In this document: piece after piece, positions 55,993 through 64,000 of the stretch
Numbering within the stretch: the stretch's first letter is position 1
Layout: the number at the start of each line of letters is the position of its first letter
Notes under the pieces: generated by a model
Database searches by the model: none
Seen by the model: only the letters and a program-made list of their open reading frames with translations
Told to the model about the DNA's origin: nothing
Source: the human T2T-CHM13v2.0 reference genome, Homo sapiens
Length of the DNA stretch: 64,000 nucleotides
Strand: one strand, 5' to 3'
Assembly (NCBI RefSeq): GCF_009914755.1
Contig: NC_060936.1
Made by a program: the position numbers and the translations under genes

Positions 55993-56639
55993 AGACTTAC
56001 AATGGCTGTCATTAATTTGAGAAACCCTCTTTAATATTATACCACAGTTTTAAAGACTCCATATGCATTCCTTAGAATATCTATGTATTCATTCAACAAC
56101 CATATCCCAGGCACTCTTATGGAAACATTACTTCCTTGATGATGTTAGCTTCTGCAGACATGATGAACATTTGCGAAACCAACAACAACGTTGGAATAGT
56201 TTTAATCAGGAAAATTAAAAACTAACTGGAGCCTTTAGAGCTCTGGTTTCATTCTCAGTTCATATTAAAGTTTAAATTCAACCTTTCTATAGAGATAAAC
56301 TTAATATATTCAGATATAGCTCCCTCTATTAATGAGTATGATTTTTAACTATTTACAATAAAAGGAAAGGTTAAAGTAAGGTATTAAAAAATCTTAAAAC
56401 CCACTAAAGATTCATTGTGGCATGGCCTCTAAAGAAAGGACATATAAGAATATCAACATAAAATAAATAGTTTTAATAGTGTCAAATATTCCAATTATCT
56501 CTGCTAGAGATTTTTGGAAGTTACAAACGATCAGCATAAAATAAGGAATGAAAGAATACAAATTTTCTCACAATATTAATATTCTTTAACATAACTATGA
56601 AATATTAAAATAGTAAAAGTTAATAAATTTTATCATAAG

Positions 56640-56830
56640 CATTATAAGATGTTAGAGTGGGACAAAACCCCTATGATTATACTAACTAAACTCTTTACTC
56701 AAATACTGTAAATTACAAATAAACTCAGGCTCGGAGAGAGAAAATGCCTTGCCTTGATTCCAGAACTGGAATTAGAAACTCAAGTATCAATTTCTAGTCC
56801 AGTGATCTTTGTCATTTTCCATTACAGAAT
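56640..56830 (-). mobile_element. MIR fragment
   Basis: acaaataaactcaggctcggagagagaaaatgccttgcc...ttagaaactcaag...tccagtgatcttt. Confidence 0.55.
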
Positions 56831-56958
56831 TACCCTTTAAAAGACAAATATTGAAATGGAATAATCCATATCTATCCTAGTAGTTTTCCAAGATAATTTT
56901 AATGAATTAATCACTTTTACCTCCAGTAAATTAAAATTTTCTATTTATTTTTTTCTAG

Positions 56959-57030
56959 TCCATATATTATTGGAACAATGAATCAGGGAGTTTCTTCATC
57001 ACCAAATCTAGAGCTGCATCACAATTTCAG
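56959..57030 (+). CDS. NAV3: NAV3 coding exon, 72 nt (CPYIIGTMNQGVSSSPNLELHHNFR), phase 2/2, sensor-1 region
   Basis: ttttctag acceptor, CAG|gtaaag donor. Confidence 0.97.
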
Positions 57031-57669
57031 GTAAAGTTAAGTTGAAGGTTTTTTTGTTTTGTTTTTTTGTTTTGTGTTGGGGGGGGCAGGGGAGGGGGTT
57101 GGCATTGTTTCTTCCTGTTTGTTTTTGTGGTTTGTTTTTCCATTTGTACTTTGACAAATCTTGCCAGAGATGACCTGTGGTGTGAAAATAATTCTCACTT
57201 CTGACACTCTTTCTCAAGCGAACGTTTTGTGATCTTCAACCTGTAATCAGATGTGTTTCTTTAAACAAAAACAAAAACAAAAAAAAAAGGAAAGAAAAAA
57301 GAAAAGTAAAGTAGATGTTTTTTCTGTTCACTATGTCCCTGGTTAAAGTAGAGCATATTCCTTCTAAGTGTGAGAAATGTGAAGAGAGTTGCTATTTCAG
57401 GATTTGTGATTCTCCTACAGAAGAGTGATCAGCATTTAGACTCCCACTCACTTCTGACGCACATGAGCTTCTTTTTAGCTCAAAAAGTAGAGTTAGCTAC
57501 ATTATAGCTCTCATCCTAGTAGACCTCCTAACACCTTTGATCATGAAAAGGTGGCCACCAATTGAAATTTCTATTGGAAAGTAATAATGAATAAATAAAT
57601 AATAATGATAAAGAATCACTGTGAATGTAAAATTTATATAAAAATGTCTGATTTTTTTTCTTTTTGTAG

Positions 57670-57866
57670 GTGGGTATTATGTGCAAATCATACAGAACCA
57701 GTGAAAGGCTTTTTAGGCAGATATCTTCGAAGAAAACTCATAGAGATAGAAATTGAAAGGAACATTCGCAATAATGACCTAGTCAAAATTATAGATTGGA
57801 TTCCGAAGACGTGGCATCATCTCAACAGTTTTTTGGAAACACACAGTTCTTCTGACGTTACCATTG
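57670..57866 (+). CDS. NAV3: NAV3 coding exon, 197 nt (WVLCANHTEPVKGFL...SSSDVTI)
   Basis: tttgtag acceptor, TTG|gtgagt donor, phase 2/1. Confidence 0.98.
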
Positions 57867-58807
57867 GTGAGTTCCAAAATTATAATATGCCATTTTCCAG
57901 GAACTAACAGTGCTTGGTAAAGACGGCCAGATTGGATGGTAGAAAATAACAAGCAAAGCTAATGCTTATTCAAGCTTCCAAAGATTTATTTTTTTCCCTT
58001 CTGAAAGTTTGTGTTCTTCTTCTTTGTATCTCCAATTAAATCCATTTTGTCTTGACAGTTATGTTTTACTAAAATATTACCGAGATCAGATAAGTTCAAT
58101 ATGGGCAAATATCTAAAAATCAGATAACCACTGGAAATGAATAGTATCGATTTAGGATACTTTTTATGCTAAAAACAAATTTGGCTAAATAGCTCATGTC
58201 AAATAAAGTTGTGAGGAAAGATGTTAGTTACAGATAACTTAAACGCTTTGTAGATAATTTAAGTGTTTTGTGTTTTTCATGAAGACAAAACTGTTTTGAG
58301 TTATTTCTCTTTTAGTTTGCATAAAGATATTTACATTTTTATTCCTTCTTTAATTGCATGTACAGAAGTCTCTTTCACATTGTTATGCATCATAAAAATG
58401 TACTCACTGTCAACACAGTTTAGATTAGGAAGAAGAATTCTACACTGGGACCAGAACACTCATGCCAGGTCCCAATTCTGCAAATAATGACGTGTTTTAT
58501 ATTTGGCAATTCATTTCAGCACAGCTTTGTTGCTTGTAAAATGAAACAGGATAACTGCATTATGACTTTTATCATTTCTCCTGACTCTAGTATATTGTGC
58601 CCTAGATTAATATTTATTGTAAAAAGATAGAATAGGCTAGGATATTGGGTCTTCAGTAAACATGCTTTAATAATAATCAAGCTGGCCAATAATACAATTT
58701 TCTAGGAATTTTGCAAGAAATATATTATATTCCAAAATGGTGTCTAGATATGTGTTTAGATTATTAAATATAACTCTTAAAATATTTTGTTATTTATTTC
58801 TTATCAG

Positions 58808-58926
58808 GTCCCCGACTATTCCTTCCTTGCCCCATGGATGTAGAAGGTTCTAGAGTATGGTTCATGGATCTCTGGAACTATTCTTTAGTACCTTATATTC
58901 TGGAGGCAGTGAGAGAGGGTCTTCAG
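58808..58926 (+). CDS. NAV3: NAV3 coding exon, 119 nt (GPRLFLPCPMDVEGSRVWFMDLWNYSLVPYILEAVREGLQ)
   Basis: ttatcag acceptor, CAG|gtatag donor, phase 1/0; AAA+ lid region. Confidence 0.97.
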
Positions 58927-59289
58927 GTATAGTACTCAATTTTCATTGCTATTTTTTTTAAAAAAAAAAAAGCAAAAAAAATTACTTTAAAAGCAAAAAA
59001 AAATATCTGGGTATTTATGCAGAAAACTAAAGGCATGAACTATATGAATAGAGCAATAAGGTTTTCAAGAGCAAATAGTTTGTAATATTTTGCCTGTTCT
59101 GAGAACAAATTTGTAAGAGAAAGAAAAGGCACAGTTATTTCAACAACTATACATTTAAGTCCAAATGGTTGTCATGGATGTTTACAGGTTGTTTTTATTA
59201 GACAGCTAGTTAATTGCACAGTTCTACATCTTATGACACAGCCATGTTTACATGAGCCTTGACCATTTATATTCTTATCACATAATTTC

Positions 59290-59625
59290 CTTTATCTTTT
59301 TCTTCTTTTCTTTCTCCTTCCTTCCTCACTCCCTCCCTCCCTCCCTCTCCCCCTCCCCACTCTCTCTCTTTCTCTCTCTCTCTTTCTTTCTTTGTTTCTT
59401 CTCCTTCTTTTTTTTTTTTTTTTTTTGAGACAGGGTCTCACTCTGTCACTCAGGCTAGTGCGCAGTGGTAGAACCATGGCTCACTGCAGCCTCGAACTTT
59501 TGGGCTCCAGTGATGAGGCTTTCCAAGTAGGTGGGAGTATAGGCACACACCACCACACTCAGTTATTTGTATTGTTATTATTATTATTTTAGAGACATGG
59601 TCTCGCTAGGTTGCTCAGGCTGGAA
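59290..59625 (-). mobile_element. Truncated AluJ (antisense) preceded by a long CT-rich tract
   Basis: gagacagggtctcactctgtc...atggctcactgcagcctcgaac (J-type); left arm partial. Confidence 0.88.
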
Positions 59626-62448
59626 TTGCTTTTTCCTTTTTTTCACATAATTTTTGACAAGTAGCTTTTGCTTGTAAGTTTCCTGTTTTTAGTATACTTC
59701 ATTGTTGGAAGCCCTTTAATGTCACTTGCAGGATCCTTTACTATTTTGGAGAGAGTACTCTAAATTCTAAGAGAGTCAGTTGGTCTTTTGATCTATGACA
59801 GATTGGTTTCACAGCATCTTTGCTCTTCCTTTCATGTGCCTTCTATCTTGAGGCCCTGCAACCAAGGCCCTTCTATTTTTTCCTAACTAAAAGATGAAAA
59901 TGTATCACTAAAAAAAATCCCTACTTCTCCAACAAAATACATGTCATTTTTCCATAAGTATTGCTATTTCCTTAAGTTTGATTTGAAATTGTAGAATTAT
60001 AAAACTCTTTAAAATCTGTGTAACATAATCACCCAATTTATTGAGGAAGGATCTCATCTCCTTTTCAGTAACTCAGCCAAGACATCTCTATTTCTGGTTT
60101 TTACAACTACTATTAGAATTAAGATATAGTTTATGTTTTCCACATTCAGTCATCTACAATAGTGTGTTGTCTTTATTTTGCTATCTAAAAAAATTGTCCA
60201 TCTATTTTTCCCTCTTTTACTCCCTTTTACTATCAGGCTCTCTTTATCTATTGAATGGCATGGCAGTATTTGGAACTAAAATGATAGTTCTGGTGAACAT
60301 GATGAATTTTATGAGGATACTCTGAAGCCTCAGAGATAAAGCTAAGATCCTAAATAATGCTATTGATTGGTTCTACTCTAGATTTAAATAACCAAATTTA
60401 ACACTTTTAAAGGTATGAGCCAATCTACCCCAAGCAGAAGCCTCCAATAAAATAAAAGCTTATACAGATGTTTTTATTTTTCAAGTATAACATATTGTGT
60501 TTCAGAATTCTTCTAAAACTACTATAGGATATACATTGGATCTTTCAATGTTGATTATTTGTACCAAAAAAAATCATTTTATGAAAATTTTAGAACTCAT
60601 AATTTTGAAGTTAATATTTCGATACATTATTTGTTCTCTAGCTATGGTTTTGGTTTTAATAAACCATTATCTAAGTATTTATAAATAAAATTCTCCTCAT
60701 TTAATATTTGTTTACTAATAGAAAGCAAAGGAATCTTTGTAAAAACCTTGAAATGATAATAGTTAAAATGCTTAGCATCCTTAGGTCTTATTTCAAAAGG
60801 TACATGGGTTCTTTTTTCATATTTAAATTAATATTATTTATAGAACATTATTTGGAGAATTATAATTCTATGAAGTTTCCATTTGGGCAAAAGTATAATC
60901 ACTTAAGGATTAGTTTCTCAAACTAAAACTGAGAGATATTTCAAAATTATTTTTGAAGAGGGATAAAAATGTCTCATTTCTTGCTATGGTTCAGGATGTT
61001 TAGAAGTAGGTTAGTGTGAAAGATGAATCAACCGTGATTTAGGGCTTTTTGGGGGAGGGGAATCCAGCACATGGGAAGGGAAAAATTGGAAAGTCCTTTT
61101 GTGGGTAGACAGTTTTCATTGCTATTGAAGACTATGCTGGGCCAGAAAAGTCTATCAGCTGAAAATATTTCTAGGGGAGCAAGAAGCAAAGGAATTATAT
61201 CTGTCGTGATCCATTCCCATGGATTTACTGGCAACAAAGAATCTTGGATTGGAGAAAGAAGTGGAGAAACAAAGCCTGGTAGCAAAAATGACACTCTTAA
61301 GTTTAGAGTAATAAAATAATATCTTCAGATGAAGGCGGATTTTTTTGGTGAAAAACCTTATGGGGAATGCACTCTGCCAGATGTTTTAGTTGGAAAAAAT
61401 GTTGGTGATACAATGGATTTTGATTTTTTTCTGGTGGATTCTTTCTTAACTAGTCAGCTATCAATTCATCTCATTCTGAATATTTAGAGTTCTCTTTGTT
61501 CAATTATTTTTTCTACAATATGTGTTTCACTCGGAAATATAGTGTTTGGCCCATTTAGCTTTTCACTGGTCTCTTCCAATTTTGCTGTCCTGGATGGTTC
61601 TTTAAAAACCTAGAATTAATTGATTCTAGACTTACATTAAAACAAACAAACATAATTAAGCTTTCCAAGAATTATACATGTTTTTCTTCAATTGGTTTAA
61701 GTTGTGTAGCATGCTATATGTTACATCTATAAAGTAAGTTTGTAACTGAGAGGAAACTTTTGCTCTAAAACAAGATAACTATTTTTAAAAAAAGTATAAT
61801 GATTGTACCTCTGTTACCATCTCCTAAGGAAATGCACAGATATCAGTACCTAGACTCCCTTTTATTTTAGGTAAGTCCAACTTCTCCAGAAGAAACTCAA
61901 AAGAAAACTCCAAGGCAGTCCATGAAGTTTTTATGGTGTTAATGTCCACCATTTTCCCTTTTGTCTTTACTGAACCAAAACAAACTATACAAAACAGCCA
62001 TCTAACAACAAACCAAAGTATGTCATCTGAGACCAAATAGGCACCTACTAACCAGGATTGTCCTTGGTAAAGCAAGTCAAATGGGGAGGGAAAGTAATTT
62101 AAGGAAAAAGTGTCCCTATGTTACTGCCCCCTTCTCTTAATTTTCACTTTTTTTCTGTGCCCTTGTAATATTATACTTTTTTTTTTTTTTTCACAATGTC
62201 TCATTCTTCTCTTCAGGCTGCCCTTTCTAGTTTGGGTTCAGCTTTGCTTGCAGCTTAAAAATGTTTAACATCTCTTGGATTTATCTGATTCTTCCATTCC
62301 ACTGCCAGTACTTTAACCAGGCTATATCAGCTCTTACTTATTGGGCAAATTGCACAATAAGGGTTCTTGCAAAGTTGATAATTCAGTTTCCTATTTTTTA
62401 TCCTCTTTTACTAGTGGCCTGAAACACAAACATCTAAAAAGAGTTTTT

Positions 62449-62706
62449 CCAAACACCGCATGTTCTCACTCATAGGTGGGAATTGAACAATGAGAACACA
62501 TGGACACAGGAAGGGGAACATCACACTCCGGGGACTGTTGTGGGGTGGGGCGGAGGGGGGAGGGATAGCATTAGGAGATATACCTAATGCAAAATGACGA
62601 GTTAATGGGTGCAGCACACCAACATGGCACATGTATACATATGTAACAATCCTGCACGTTGTGCACATGTACCCTAAAACTTAAGGTATAATAATAAAAT
62701 AAGATA
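62449..62706 (+). mobile_element. Young 5'-truncated L1PA (PA2-PA4-like) 3' end
   Basis: Close match to the L1PA 3' UTR; exact 13-bp TSD aaaaagagttttt at 62436-62448 and 62707-62719. Confidence 0.95.
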
Positions 62707-63271
62707 AAAAAGAGTTTTTACAGAAAGCAATGGGATTAAAGAGCAAGTTGATCACAGGAAAATTGTTATCAGAGAAAGTTTTCCTACTCTAAAAGACAGT
62801 TTGAGTAGAGTGAATTAGGCAGAGAAAAATAAGTTACTTTTATTTTATTTCCATCTTTCCAAGGTACACTTTAGTAGAGAACTCTACTTAATATCAAGCA
62901 TATTTTTTAAAATCTTCCATAATTGAAGCTTTTATTTTTCAACCTTTAGTTTTCTCTTGGTTTGTCAAATTACTAGTAAATGTGGGCAGTCATTTCTATG
63001 TTTATTTATAATAAACCTCCCGTATATTCTCCCCCAAAAGTTGACATCTATTCCAAATATTCAGCTTCATTTTGTCTAGCCTTCAAGTTTAAAGTGAGCT
63101 ATGTAGACAGATACATGTTTTAAATCTGCAAAACTGTATACAGATACTTAATTCTCTTGAAAGTCCCTTAAGAACTCAATATGTCAAAAAATCACATCCA
63201 ACTAGCAGTCCCCTTTTTTGCTGAATAGAAATGCATTTTATATATATCCTAAACGCGTGGTCAACTTTTAG

Positions 63272-63475
63272 ATGTATGGGAAACGCACACCATGGGAAGA
63301 TCCTTCAAAGTGGGTGCTTGACACATATCCATGGAGCTCAGCAACTCTGCCTCAGGAGAGCCCAGCCTTACTTCAGCTGCGACCAGAAGATGTTGGGTAT
63401 GAAAGCTGCACATCCACTAAGGAAGCCACAACCTCAAAGCACATTCCACAAACTGACACAGAAGGAGATCCCCTG
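63272..63475 (+). CDS. NAV3: NAV3 coding exon, 204 nt (MYGKRTPWEDPSKW...TEGDPL), probably penultimate
   Basis: cttttag acceptor, CTG|gtaaga donor, phase 0/0; no stop codon reached in the window. Confidence 0.97.
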
Positions 63476-64000
63476 GTAAGAATCAGATGTTCATTTCTTC
63501 CTATGTAATCTTGACTACAGTGTATAGTCATTAATATTTAGTTATTTCTAGCGAAGACATTTGTTATCCTAAGCAACATTTGGAACAGTTTTAACCCTAT
63601 TATCTTTGGCCTGCTTTCCATGGATGAAAATCTTAAAGTGAAAACCAAACTTGTATGCTTAAAAAGAAATCAAGAAATGCTACAACCAGAATGAACTCCT
63701 AGACTATAATTTTTCTCTTATTATGCATTAAATTGTGTATATAATTAAATAAATATAATTTTCTATATTATGACTCAATTCAATAGGCATTTAAGAGAAA
63801 ACTCAATTTTTTTCTTAAATAGAAAAACAAAAGTTATGGTATAATGTACTCATGGAGAACTAAAAAATATTTTGCCTATATCAACTAACCTGACTAATTT
63901 TATAGAATGGGTCTTCTCTTGCCTACTGTAGCAAAGGATAAACTGACTTGGAAGTCAAATGGAAGTTATGGTTTATTTACTTTCTAAAATAGTGGAATAA

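Noticed and set aside
61028-61319. Overlapping 88- and 82-aa ORFs in a purine-rich patch
   Set aside because: No recognisable domain or splice signals in frame with NAV3; possibly an old repeat I cannot classify.
58927-63271. Possible U12-type intron (tcctaaac near a weak acceptor)
   Set aside because: The donor is gtatagta, not the U12 consensus GTATCCTT, and the branch motif is imperfect.

Overview
This is AT-rich primate (almost certainly human) genomic DNA covering the 3' part of NAV3 (neuron navigator 3, UNC-53 family) on the + strand. Seventeen GT-AG exons, from AEEKAHSE (4720) to ...TEGDPL (63475), splice with matching phases into one open frame of 2268 nt (756 codons). That frame encodes two coiled-coil regions, a Lys-rich/Ser-rich segment and the C-terminal AAA+-like domain. 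The gene's start and last exon lie outside the window. Two further in-frame cassette exons are visible: a 21-nt microexon (VNSRGSE) and a 66-nt exon. The introns hold Alu, L1, L2, MIR, MER3, MER44, an MLT1 LTR and microsatellites, and almost all entries in the ORF track are exon read-throughs or repeat artefacts. I found no CRISPR array, RNA gene or clearly new multi-gene system. The best leads are (i) a splicing-regulatory cluster at 34.7-37.9 kb (microexon, a ~170-nt non-repeat hairpin with A-C mismatches, a cassette with a downstream RBFOX motif, and alternative acceptors) and (ii) the McrB-like but catalytically degenerate AAA+ module. Repeat boundaries and subfamilies were assigned by eye and are approximate.
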